This document shows, piece by piece, positions 11,991-25,400 of a stretch of DNA of 64,000 bases (position 1 is its first letter; the number at the start of each line of letters is the position of its first letter). The position numbers and the translations under genes are program-made. The notes below the pieces were generated by a model. That model had not been told where the DNA came from and did not search any database. It saw only the letters and a program-made list of their open reading frames with translations. The DNA is from the human T2T-CHM13v2.0 reference genome, Homo sapiens: assembly GCF_009914755.1 (NCBI RefSeq), contig NC_060939.1, one strand, 5' to 3'.

Positions 11991-13566
11991 CAAGTAAAGA
12001 GTCTTGTCTGGGACTGAATGAAAAGGATTTCAAGCTGGGACATGTGGCATGTTCATGCTCTATATTTCTCCATACCTAAATGCCAAAATCAGAGCCTGGG
12101 TTTTAGGCCTAAAAGACATTATCTATTATGTCAGAAATCTCCATGTATAGCAGATTGGCTTCTGTGGGGGGAATCCCACCACCCTGTCTGCTGTCTGCTC
12201 CATGTCTGGCTTTTAAATGCTACCTGCCCAAGGAGCTAGGGCCAGCCGTGGTGCTTCCATAATCTGGTTCTGGATCCTTGGTTCTGGTGACTCATTTTAT
12301 CTTCTAACTCTGGTTGATTTCCTGGATTCAGCTTCTTCATAACCTCTGATTTGGGAATCCCTCTTATCAGCTGGTCCTGAACAACCAAATCCCTCTCCAT
12401 GCCATACCCTGCACAGGGAGAGTCACTTGGGCCACATTCTATCATGTTGCTGATGGTGCAAAATATCCTGGTATTCTTATTTCTAGGGCTTACTTGATAA
12501 TTACATATTTATATATTGTTCAACTAACTACTCAGCAAGATCTACCTTTCCCCCACTGCTTCTTGCCTTCAGCCTACAAGGGGGTACCTGTCTCCTCAAT
12601 TTTAGAAACTCACTCATTCATTCTTCAATACTTGTTTATTGAATCAGTATGATGTTCTGGGTGGTGCTAGACACCAATCAACTTTTATTCATTCCATTCA
12701 CTCTTACTCATTCGAATGTTTATCAAACAAGAATCGTTTATTGGGTGCTTTTCTAAGTAGTGGAAGTAGAAGATAAAGCAGTGATGAAAATAAAGTTCCA
12801 GTTTCCATAGATCTTATTATATTTTATTGGGTGTACCCAATAAATACACAAACAAGTAAATATGGTAGGTTGTATGACGACATGGGAGAAAATAAAGGAG
12901 AGTAAGGAATAGGAGTGGAGGTTATTTTTTATAGGAAAAGTCTCATGATAAAGTGATATTTGAGAAGAAATGTTTAAAAGTAAAAGAGCAAATTATACAG
13001 ATTTGAGGGGAAGCAAATACCAGTAAGAAAGAAGCAGAGTATTCAAATACCCTGAGAGGTTTAGTTTGTTTGAGGAACAGGCAATAGGACAGTATAGCTG
13101 GCACAGAGTGAGCAAAAGATAGTGAAAGAGAAGATGAAGTCAAAGAATTGCCAGAGCCCAGATTAGGTAGAATCTTGAAGCCATTGAAGCAAGGACTTTG
13201 GGTTTTACCTTTGGTGAAGTTTAGAAAACTACTGGAGGCCTCTGAGCAGAAGACTGGCATAAACAATGTTTTCAAAAAGTCACTCTAGTTGCTGTTGAGA
13301 AGACGCTCTGGGTAGGCAAGTGTGGAAGCAGAGAGGGTACGTAGAAGGTACTATAATAGTCCAGGCAAGAAATGAAATTGACTTGGGCGAAGATGGTGGC
13401 AGTGGATGTGGTGGGGTGCTAGATTATTTCAAACAGACAGTTTATGGTATTTGCTGATGGATTAGTTTGAAAGCATGAAGAAAAGAAAGTAGTCAAGACT
13501 ATCTACATTGTTTTTGCCTAGACAACTGGAAAGGTTAAAAAAAAAGGTTAAAAAAAAAAAAGACTA

Positions 13567-13701
13567 AGCTAGGTGTTATGGCATGAGCCTGTAGTCCCAG
13601 CTACACAAGAGGCTGAGGTGGGAGGATTGCTTGAGCTGGGAAGTTTGAGTCCAGCCTGGGCAACATAGTAAGACTCCACCTCAAAAAAAAAAAAAAAAAA
13701 A
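13567..13701 (+). mobile_element. Free Alu monomer (FLAM-like)
   Basis: 'gcctgtagtcccagctac...ggaggattgcttgagc...ccagcctgggcaacatagtaagactcc' plus poly(A); 'aaaaaagac' on both flanks as TSD. Confidence 0.85.
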
Positions 13702-14510
13702 GACAGGAGAAGAAGCAAGTTTAGAAGAGTGCTGGTTAGGGAGGAGCCACGAGTTTGGTTTTAGAAGGGTTGAGTTGGAGATATTGTTTGGAAATCCAAG
13801 TGGACATGACAAGTACATCTATAATATTTAAATTTGCAGGTACAAGTCCAGGCTGGAGATGATTTAGAGTCATCAGTATTTACATGATACTTAAATACAA
13901 ATGCAGGATGGGATCACATAGGGGTCAATGTAGCTGGAAATGAGGAGAAGTTAAAAGAGAAGTTTCTGGGGCATTCTGACGTCAGGAAAATGGGGCAAAG
14001 TACTAGCAGCAAGATGGAAGAGGTGTCCGGTGAGGTAGAAAGAGAACCATCAGAAAGCAGTGTTCTGGAAGCCGAGAGAAGCAAGAGTTTAAGAAGTGGG
14101 AATAATCAAATGTGTAGTATGAGAACTCTGAATTGATTTGTGGAATTAGCATTGTAGAACTCACTGGGGAGCTTGATAAGATCTCATTCAGTGAAGAGGA
14201 GAGGCATGAAAGACTGATTTGAACGAATCCAAAAAGAGTAGGAGAGAAATTGGAAGTAGCATGTGTAGGCAGAGAAATGAATCAGAACATGAAGAAAAAT
14301 GTGGAGTCGTGAGAGGATGTTTTCAGGATGTGAAAATTCGAGCATCAGTGTACAAACAAGGGAGAATTGATGGCACAGGAGAGAGGAAGAAAATGCTGGC
14401 ACAGTGTCCTTGGGAAGGCAGGAAGGAATAGGCTGCAGCACAGAAGAGGTTGACTTGACTCAGCGGTGTAGACCAATTATTCATAGTAACAACAGGAAAA
14501 GTAGACTGAT

Positions 14511-14872
14511 TGTTATTCCATTTTCATACTGCTATGAAGAAATACCCGAGACTGGGTAATTTGTAAAGAAAAAGAGATTTAATGGACTCACAGCTCCACA
14601 TGGCTGGGGAGACCTCACAATCATGGCGGAAGGTGAAGGAGGAGCAAAAGTGCGTCTTACGTGGTGGCAGGCAAGAGAGAAGTGCAGGGGAACTGTCCTT
14701 TATAAAACCATCAGATCTCATGAGACTTATTCACTATCACGAGAACAACATGGGAAAAAAACTGTCCACATGATTCAATTACCTCCCACCAGGTCCCTCC
14801 CATAACATGTGGGGATTATGGGAGCTACAGTTCAAGATGACATTTGGGTGGGAGCACAGCCAAACCATAGCA
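14511..14872 (-). mobile_element. THE1 (THE1C/D-like) MaLR solo LTR
   Basis: 'gagactgggtaattt', 'aaaccatcagatctcatgagacttattcactatcacgagaac', ends 'acagccaaaccatagca'; 5-bp TSD ctgat/ctgac. Confidence 0.92.
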
Positions 14873-16764
14873 CTGACTATTGATACAGACATAGGGATGA
14901 ATGTGTGGAAGTTCTCCACTGATTGCTTCTAAGTTTTCCATTAATTTAGTCAGAAAATTCATAAGCAGAGAGTGAGGCTGGTGGAGGAGGTGTTGATGGT
15001 TTAGACAGAATGACTTGCGCCAAGATTTGGAAGTAGGGGAAAATTAGGCAGATTTAAGAAATTTTGCTGGCTACTTCTCAGCCTCTATCCTTTTCAGAGC
15101 TAATATCCCCCAGAGTGTGGGCAGCAACTGGTGCTCACACTGTTTTCATCAGCGTCCTGCATCCTAGCTCCCAGCAAGATGACTCACACCCTTGAATCTG
15201 CTTATGCATTTTCAGTTGGATCTTCTGTGACTTCGGCATCTTGGAACTCAAGATGCTAGGTATTTTGTCCTCAACATAGCTGCAGCAGTCCATTCCACTC
15301 CACGGACCACCCCAGACCTGTTGAAATGCCAGCCTCATTTCCATGACCATAGAACAACTGGGGCCTCTTTCTATCATTCTTTTCTGTACCTTTCACTAAT
15401 TTTTCATCTTCCTACTCTCCATTAAAAGGGCCAGTGCCCTCCCCACCCCCCTCCCCCACAAGAACCTGCCTGTCCTCTCCACTCGCCTTTAGTAAGCAAC
15501 CCTGTTTATTACCACAGTATCAGCCACAACCATATCACTGATATTCTCAAACCAGTATCACCTCCATTCCACACTACCTGATAAACATTTCTGATGAAGT
15601 TGTTGTGCAAAAATATGTTATCGATGGCTCAAATCAAAATATTTTAAGCTGTATTTATCACCTTTCTTCCAAGGTCAGTTCTATATCCTGACTTATCTAC
15701 TGTTATTAATAGCACTGTGATTCCATCAGATCTCTAGGCTTGAAAATTAGGCATTACTTTCATCTTCTCTCTTCCTCTCATGCCCACACACAGTCTTAAT
15801 GGACAGAACCATGTCCTCATAGCATGTACCTCTGAAGAAATTTTGCAGTTTTAAATATAACAGGTACTTGGTTGACATGCAAAGTGAATACCCATGAAAT
15901 ATTTAATAACCTATTGCCTGTGCCATGATGTCGTCCTTTCTCTTCATTCATTGCTACCAGTGCCTTATCTTCAGCCCAGTTTGCTTTGGATCTACCAGGA
16001 TTGGCACAGCACATTTACTGACCCCGAAAAGAGGCCATCTCAATTTGCAATAGATCAGAAGAGATACTTTAGAATGACTAAATGTTATAGAAATTGGTGT
16101 CTGCTCAGAAAACATCCTTCATGACTTTGCAAATAGGCAAAAATGTCAAGTCAGCTCTACTCTGAAGCCATTTGGAGACATTTGCAACAATGAATGCATG
16201 ATTAAGTTTATTGTTTAGTAAACAGTTTGCAGACATTAGCCAAGGAAGAGTTATGGCGGCAGTTTACAAATAATTGCAATTGAATTAGGCAGACTGCAAT
16301 GCAAAAGCAGTGCAAATAACTTGCCAATTCCATAAAATGTTTTGCAAACAGATTCTGGGAGAAAATAGAATGAGAAAAGCAGAAAATCCAGAAAGCAATG
16401 TTTTCCGAGTCTGCTCTGCGGATAGTGAGAGAGGATGCCCTCATATTTTACCATGAGAGTAAAGTGTTAGTGAAAGGTGTTTATTTCTGCTTTGCCTCAG
16501 AGACAGAGCTTGGCACAGACTTCAGAATAGGAAAAAGGGGGCATGACTCAGTGATTTGGCACTTAACAAATTCAATTGAACAAAAGTAGCAGAACCATTT
16601 TAAAATAGAGTATATGTGTTTGACTGAGGGGGATTGTGGTGGGAGAATTCTGGCCTATAGAAATACACCACTCACAGCAACTCATTGCCGAGATAAACCT
16701 GTGCACAATGTTGGAGAGCTGACTGTATATCTGCAGTATGCTTAAAAGAAGATTCATTTTATTA

Positions 16765-16945
16765 AATATACATTATATGACACATACATTTAATTAAGAG
16801 ATATACAGTATATATGTACATATATAGCTATATATAGAATACTGTATGTACATATTATATATAATATGCATATAATGATGTGAATGTATAATAAATATAT
16901 ATTTAATAACATACAATTAACATAATATTTAATAATATATACTAT
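16765..16945. repeat. AT-rich (TA)n-like low-complexity tract
   Basis: Degenerate tata/atat repeats. Confidence 0.85.
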
Positions 16946-19066
16946 GTCAATATTAAGGTTACCTCTCCTAGACCAAAAAGCGTTTCCTAGACATGCTATG
17001 TTTGCTTTCCCCAAGCTGTTTCATTCATTTCTTTGCACTAATTCTATGAATTGAAGATACAGATCCAACTATAAACACATTAGAATGAATCTAGAAATCA
17101 AATGAATAAAAAACTAGACAATACTTAAATTGTAGTTACTCACCAAAACTGCTTGATTAAGAATCCCTTAGCCACATTATCATGACTTCTATGTCAAAAA
17201 AAAAAAAAAAAAGCACAGAACATTCATAAAAAGCATGAGCATGATTTAGTGACAGATTTTCTGCGTAAGGAACACCCACAGGGCTTTTGTGGTTAAAGTT
17301 GGCCTTTTGTCTCAAAATGCATCCTGAGCACGCGGTTTTCCTCTTCTAACCACACCCTTTATCATAGGCTATTGATTTTGTAACTATTCAACCAGATTCT
17401 TAGATTCAAAAATGCATCTAGGGAAGAACAGGTGATCTAAAACAAATCCTTGAGTTCCGTGTCACATACCAAAGGCTGGGACAATTGGTTTAAGTAAAAG
17501 AACTGACTTCTGTCTCCTCTGAAAGGATTCAGGATTGGTCACAGATCAATTGGAATTTAAAACAGTCAGACGTATGGATTAGGAAATTTCATTTTAATCC
17601 CCTCTCACAACATTTTGAAGTCTACAACAGATGCATAATTTGTGGATTTACTACAAATATGTTTAAGTCTACAGATCTGCATAGTAGCTGAGGCTGGGCT
17701 AATGGGTCAAGTATATCATAATTGGACACTTCTTTGCACTGAAACTAGATGCAAAAATCTATCCATCATTTCTCAAAGGCAAATTACATTTATACAGTGC
17801 CTCGTTTTGCACATTCAAAAGTTTTCAGTATCTACCATAGCCATTTGTGGTGAGACAGATCACGCTCACAAATAGAGCCTTTGGAATCATATCCTTTGCA
17901 GCATTTTAGTTGCAAAGCAATTCTATATCTTAGAGGTTGGCACAATAGGAAGCTACTGAATTGAAAACCAAATAAAAGAGAACATTAGATGACAAAAAAA
18001 TCCAGGCTCTATCTTTCCCTTTTATCTTTTGCTCTTCTGTCCCTGAAAAGAGGCACCATTTTCTCTTTGCAACATAAGGAAGAGAAAGATGCCTGGTTTC
18101 AGCACTTGTTGATCCCATTAACAGGAAAGATTGACAAGAAGTAGACAATTATATCTGACATGAATATGGATATGGAGGGGATTGTTGAAATGGAGACTCT
18201 TGCTAATGGAAGAAAGATGATTCAAGCCTTCTGACAGATGTCAAGTAGATTGGAGTCCAGTGAACTTACAACCATTTAATCTGCATTGCAAGAGAAGACA
18301 AATTGCATGACTGATAACCTCTTTATTTTTTATTCTATAATTTTTTACTCTGCAGTGTAGAAAGAGTTAGGGTTTTCAACTTGCTAATGTGGGTCACTAT
18401 TATTCACCCAGAGTTTCAATGGCATTGGGGCTTTTGTTAGCAGGTGGCTTCTTCTCTGGGTCAAGGAAGAAAAGAAATAAATGAAAAAGACGTGAATAAA
18501 GAAATGATATAAATCAATCTGAGAATTACAACTGTTCAATAAGATTTTGACCTCAGTTTCAGGAATGCAATTTCTGACTCTGTCTGAGAGGCATTAGTGA
18601 CTCATTTAATGCATTATATGAAAGTAAGGTAAGTAGGAAAAATGTACTTGAACTCCATTTGGTTCTACAATATAATAGAGATAGAAATGTTTCTTTATTT
18701 AAAAATAATCTTTTATCCTGCTGAGATATTTGTGTGTAGTATGTTTGTGTATTTCTGAGTAAAGATTGTTTAAAAAAAAAACAGTTGTTTTGTTTCTCTA
18801 GTATACTGGTACAAGCAAACACACAAGGAGAAGAAGAGTTGATTTACGACCTTTGAACTCTTTCATATTATGTTTTTCAACTTCCTTGTCTAGATTAGAA
18901 AGTTCCCTCTACCTGTCTGCCCATACTCATGTCTGGAGCTTTTGAGCTCTACTCAAAGCCAATTCAATTTGGCAAAACTTGTGATGTTCCTCCAGTAGAA
19001 GAAATTTCTTGACTCTAAATTTTGCTGACACCTTAAAGTGAAAATTGCATAGAAAATCCCATCCTC

Positions 19067-19237
<171 letters not shown>

Positions 19238-20059
19238 AGAAAATCCCATCCTCTGATGATGAGTAGTTTTCCTTTTAAGGTTCCAAAGGAGCTCTGTCAG
19301 CATTCTCTCTAGTTAGTTAGCAGTAGGATTCGAAGAGTCACTCTCACTCCAAAGAGAATGAACTTGGCTTGCAGAAGGCAGAGAGCCATGGGAAATCCCA
19401 CACAATGACCCAGGTTATGGTGACTTACATTGTACCATTTCCTTATAATAACCAAATCACCTGCAATACTCTTCAGGTCAGTGTGCGTTTCTTGAGTGTC
19501 TGCTTTGTTCTTGACAGTGCACTGGGTTCTGGGTCTGCAAAGACAGGGGATCTGACCCTCAAGTAGCTTACAGTCCAGAGGGGAAAACAGACCTACAGGC
19601 ATATTCTTTCAAGACAATGTAGTAACATAAAGAGGTCAGCAAAGGAAGTGGAAGTCAGATGTCATGCCTCCCAGCAAGGTCTGAATGTTCTCTCCTCAAC
19701 AAAGTCATCCCTAAAAAAAGCTATGAGTCAAGTGAAAGAGACCCATCAGCTTCTTGGCCAGAGGAAGCTTTGTTAGGACAGCCATGTAGGCGTGACCTGC
19801 CGTGAGGAGGGATGGGGACTCCTCTGAAGCAGCACTTTTGCGTTTCCCATTTATCTTGTTCTCATCAATACCTCGAACCACAGCTCCAATACCACTTTGG
19901 CAGTGGGGCCTACTGGGAACACCCACTGGTGGAAAGAATAACTTGACTATATGAGCTTTAGAAGACCTCAATCCTCTCCTTTCCTTCCTTCTTTTGGTTT
20001 ATTTTTGTTTGTTTGTTTGTTTTATACTTATTTATTCCTCTTCCCTCCACATGCCATTT

Positions 20060-20290
20060 AACTTTGCTGAGTGCTCCACTGAACCAGGAGGATGTTCGAA
20101 GGTTTTGCATGTATTATCTCATTTAATCTTTACAATAATCCCCTGGGGTAAGTAATACCATTTGCCTGTTTTACAGATATGAACTGAGGCACAGCCAGGT
20201 TACGCAAGTTGTCCAAACATATAACGAATAAGTGGTGGCACCAGGGTTTTCCTCAGGCAATCTGATTCCAGGACCACTACACTGCAGCTA
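20060..20290 (-). mobile_element. MIR
   Basis: 'tattatctcatttaatctttacaataatccc', 'ttttacagatatgaactgaggcacag'. Confidence 0.8.
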
Positions 20291-22189
20291 TTTTCAGGTG
20301 CCTTGTATCCTTAACTGTATTACAAAGCTTTTGAGAGGCACAGAGATCACTTGTTATTTGCAGTTTACACAATACCTACTCTCTAGAGATTGTAGGGGTG
20401 ATCACATGATATTATTGCATGAAAGGGTAAATGAACAGATAAATGAATGGGGGAACTCTACTTAGAAAGCTGGTGAAAAAAACAAACGTGGCCTATAAAA
20501 CGTTGAGCAGGAGGATGAATGATAAAAGGAATATAATGCTATTTTAGGAAAATAAGCCTTCCTTTACGAAAGAAAGCAATAGAATATAGACTTTTCACTA
20601 GGCCTTTGTAGTCTTCAAAATATTGGCGTGAAGATCTGAGTCAGCATGGATGTTATCAGAAAGAAAGATGAGGAATGGATACTTGGATTGCCGTAAAGGG
20701 AAAACTTGGTGACTGCATATGGAGACATGTAGAAGGATGTTGCTGTAATTTTTTAAAAAATCCTCATTATCCTAATGGAAAACACATTAAAAGCATTTAA
20801 AGAAACACAATCATTCATAATCTTACCATCTGATGGTAAACAAAATTAACATTTTTATATTATCAACATTGGTTATTGCATGAAAATCAACTTAAAATAT
20901 TAGACCAAGCAAGAAAATAATGCATGTCAATTTCTTCTCAAAATTCCAGTTCCAAAATGCTACACCAAATTAATATTCACTTTGTATTGCCAAATGACTG
21001 GTTTATTCGGCTGTGTGGAAACTGGCCACTGATGTTGTAAATAACTGAGTTGACTTAGTTTTAATCTGGTTCCATCGTCATGGGTCTAACGTGTGTTGAA
21101 GGATGCAAAAGTTAAGTACACCCTAGCCTGATTTTCTGAACAATGTAACATTCCTGCAAAATGTTTTCTGGTTTGAGTGTCTATTGATCAGCTACTTTCT
21201 GACTTAACTCATTCAGTCTACACAGAAAATGCTCACAGGGCTCTGTTTATGTCCCTTCTGCCTAGTTTCTTAAAAACAACATTTTCACAGAATCATTAAA
21301 GTTGTAAACATCATCTATATAAAAATCTATATAAATGATACCTTTGCCTCTCTAAAAAAATACAAATTAATTGAGAAGTTGCATTGCAAATGCCAATTAA
21401 GTAGAGAATTTGTTTCTCGGCATAGTAATTTCAAATGCAGTTCACTATAAATTCACATGTAAACATCCGGAATTATAAAACCAATACTATGAGGAGAAAG
21501 CAAGTGGTTATTGCTTTATATAACATTTCCTCTGGAATTCCTTCAAGAGGTAAGGCTTGACAGTTTCACTAAAATGAAATATACTGATATTGATTCATAA
21601 ATCTGATATGTATGAAGCCTCTCTTCTGTGCCAGGCACTGTGCTGGGGGCTGAATTATACACATTATTTTTCCAGAAATGCATCTGAACATACATATGAC
21701 CAATGCACATATGTGCAGTTCTTCTATTAAGATAATTTATGAGGCAGGTACTCTTGTCTGAGTCAATCAGCTTGACAAAGACTGTTGCCAGAGAAGTATT
21801 TATTTAGTAGATGTTTGCCATAAGCTTTGGTATGTTTTCCTACCTGTCTCCCCCAGCAGACTTTATCTTGCAGAATTTCAGGAGACATTTCTAGAACTTA
21901 ATTAAATCATTTTCATATTGGAAGATGATACAATGAGGTTTGTATTTTAGGTGTCAAATTACTCCCCAGAATTATTAACTACTGATTATACCCTCAGAAC
22001 AGTTATTACATATTAGGAGTCTCCAGTTGAAATATTTTTTTTTCCTAGAAACTTAGATGTTGAATTTAGAACTCAAATTCACTAGGGACTGTAAAACGAA
22101 AAACAAAGTCCATAGAAGGTTACTTGATGATACTTTTGATGATACAGTGAATAAGAGCAAAATGCAAAAGGCTTTAAATTCTATGGTGC

Positions 22190-22400
22190 TGCTGGTGACT
22201 CAGAATGCCCCAGGTTTGGACCTCGGTCTTTGGAGTTATCTGACCTAGTTGATCTTATATAACCTCTCTAAACTTCTGATTCCATGACTGCAAGAATAGA
22301 TTTTATCATGACAAAGATGCTGTGATGATAATGAGTTAATGAATCTAAGGTGCTTTGTAAGTACTAAAGTGACATAAATAATATTATTAATATTAACTTT
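22190..22400 (+). mobile_element. MIR fragment
   Basis: 'gaatgccccaggtttggacctcggtc', 'taacctctcta', 'aatgagttaatgaatctaaggtgctt'. Confidence 0.6.
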
Positions 22401-25400
22401 ACAAATATCTCCACAATTACACCACCTTGAATAATATTCCAATATAAAGCAATAAATTATAACTCATCTTAAGCTGCCATCATCCTTCCAAAATTCATAG
22501 TCCACATCACTTATGCATGATAAAGATAATTGCAAAAATTCTTAGAGATGGATTTTATCTTGGAACCTACTGTGTTTCAAGGGGAACATATCATTATCTC
22601 AGTATGCCAACATAATGCTGATCCATTAATAGAAAAACATGAATATGTGCTGATGATAACCTGACAGGATATGGTTTTGCCTTCTTGTTGAATGTCTGGG
22701 GTTAAGAGAATGATTGAGATGAAGGAAGAGAGTAAAGCTTACTGACTCAACTACCAATAAACCATGGCCTCTTCCACACCATGCTTTCCATCGAACATGT
22801 CTGCTTCTGAGGAGTGTTCCTACTTGCAGGCAACTTGAAATAACTTCCCAAAAGTTAACCACCTGCAATGCTTACCTGCAGGCAGGTAGATGCAGCTCCA
22901 GGGGCCCTTTAGGATCGACGGCTCCAGATAGCTCAGAAATGACTGAATTTTTGATGCAGCAGACACTTTCCAGGGAAAGCAAAATTCACCCTGGAGCCCC
23001 CCACGTACAAATTATAGTCACCATTTAAACCATCATCACAGTATTTGAGGTTAGTAAAACATATTGCTTGAGCTATAAAACATTCTAAACTAGCATTCCA
23101 AATGTCTCGCCTCAAGCAAGCACTTAAATTAAAGTTTCAGACAGCTGGCACTGGAATCATAATAACAGTTTTACACAAAGGGATTGGCTAAACATGATTA
23201 TTGTTTTGATAATTTATTGTCAACATGCATTATTGTGCCCTGATCCCAACACTCGGGTTTGGTTCTTTTCTATTGTCAACAGGTGACAAATTCTGGTTCA
23301 GGTGATAGAGTAGAACATTTGTTGCCCTGGTTCTAGCTAGATCACACACACACACTCAAACACACATAGTATATTACAATTAATTTATACAGTCATCATT
23401 TTAGGGTCTCTTTTCTCTAAATTGCTTTGTTAGTAAAGAGAAATAATCTCCAGGTACCCCTATTACAAAAAAAAAGTTGACTTACTAAATTCTCTTGGAA
23501 TATCTAATTTCCAGTACCTCTTTTGCAACAGATAGAAAATGCTACAGTATTTCTTTTGTAATTTGAAGTGTGTATATAACACTGGCAGCCTTGTGTCTAT
23601 TTAGGCAGATGGGTGCTAATTCACCCAAGGCACAGACAATGCTGACGATAGCTATTTGCCCTTTAGCCAATTCTAAAGCACAATATTTTGCAGACATATT
23701 AACATATTTTCAAGTATAACAGATTCTCTGTTCACTTCAACTTGGACCACTTTGAAAGATTTTATTTCCACCACAGGGAAATAAGCGTGATTGACATTGA
23801 TGTTCCATTTTACTCAAACCGGTCTCATTCACAGATTTTATAACAGAATTAGAAACAGAAAATTATATTTTTATTATTTAAATTAAGCCCAACATATAGT
23901 ACAGGCAAATTTTTTTCTCAGTCTGTTTGAACATTTAGAAACATTGTGATAATATGTTTTACCATTTTAATAAGAAAGCAGGCACTGCTTGTGTTTGGGT
24001 GGTGAGGATTGCTGTATCAGTGCAACAGGTTTTTCTGGATTATATCTTTCTGTACACAACACACACTAAAAAATTGGAAGAGTCAGAAAGAGTCAATATG
24101 CTCAGATCGGCCAAGAGGGAAATAAAGGACACATTAAATTTTTTTCTGAACATCACTTTTCCATTGACTTTAATTAAGATTTCATTAAACCCTGAGTTTG
24201 GAAAGCTTTTAATTGAGAGAGAATTTGCTTACCGGGCATATTTTTGGTGAGCTGTAAAGAGAATCTCTATAATTAATGGCCCTTCCAACTTTACAGTAAG
24301 TTCAACTTTGTTCTACCTTTGCAGAAATTGGTTATAGATCCAGTCTTAAGAAATGAGCCAGGCCACAATAATGATTTTTATCTTGTAGTAAAGTGGCACA
24401 AAGTTGGCTCTAGTATACTTTATGATTATATTGTCTGCCGACAAATTAATCCAATTAGCAAAGGTGAAGGTTTATAATTGGGGTTAACTAGAATTTAACT
24501 GGTCATTGCTCATCAAACCTCCCTCACCTCCTCTAGAGCATGGTCCCCTAAGTTATTCGAGTAGTCACAGCCAGTCCCCAGATCAAACCAAAAGTCTGAC
24601 TTCAAAAATCCTGTTTCAAGAAAACCTGATAGAGCCATCTTTCCAAAACCATGACAACAATGGAACTTGGTGGCATGGTATTTTCCTGCTGTTTGGGAGA
24701 GTGAGTCCCCACCCCCACCCTTTCTCCACCCCCCGACTACTGAGAGTATTTTTATATAGTTCAAGTCCCTATTGGTCTGCAGTTTGCAGTGCGGTTTAAA
24801 AAGTAATACATCTTTTCTTAGATGTACCCCAGTTTCTGCTTTTTAATAGATATGATAATGAGCTTCTGGGTCTTCATTTCCCAGTGTGCAGAGAGCTCAA
24901 ATAAATCTTTGATTGTTCACAACCCAGGAGAAGTTTCCGGAGCAGTGGGATCCATTGAGGTCTCTCTAAACAACTATTATTTTAAGGATATTTTTTAAAC
25001 GTTGGACTTTCCTGGAGCCATTGAGTTTTTCTTTTCCAATGTTGTTAGTGGCACCTGCTTATAGTGAACTTAGACAAAATGAAATTCCTTTTACAGTGAA
25101 TCAGCATGAATGAAAGTTCCCAACTGTTTCAGAGCAGCATAATATGCTAACTTAGTAAAGGTTTCCTTGTAGGTAAAAGGAAAAGTAAGCTTTACTGTAG
25201 ATTTCCACAAAAACACGTCTGTGTGGGGAGTCCAGGTTTTTCCTAGATTTCAAAATTCTGGAAGGTGTTTTACATTTCTGCAGGCAAAAGTATGCCAATG
25301 TGAAAATATGTTTGACCACTTTGAAGACTCTTGTTTTTGGAGATTATGACTTATTTATATCTAGCATAATATAGTTTCTCCTTAATGAAATGCTTTCCAA

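Larger units (their letters stand above)
12610..15010 (-). mobile_element. Long L2 (L2a-like) fragment interrupted by an Alu monomer and a THE1 LTR
   Basis: Starts with antisense L2 tail 'cattcattc...tttattg'; 'gccagagcccagattaggtagaatcttgaagccattg', 'ggaaatccaagtggacatg'; resumes after each insertion. Confidence 0.75.

Noticed and set aside
20637-20646. Perfect NFE2/BACH-type TGAGTCAGCA
   Set aside because: Isolated single motif without supporting cluster
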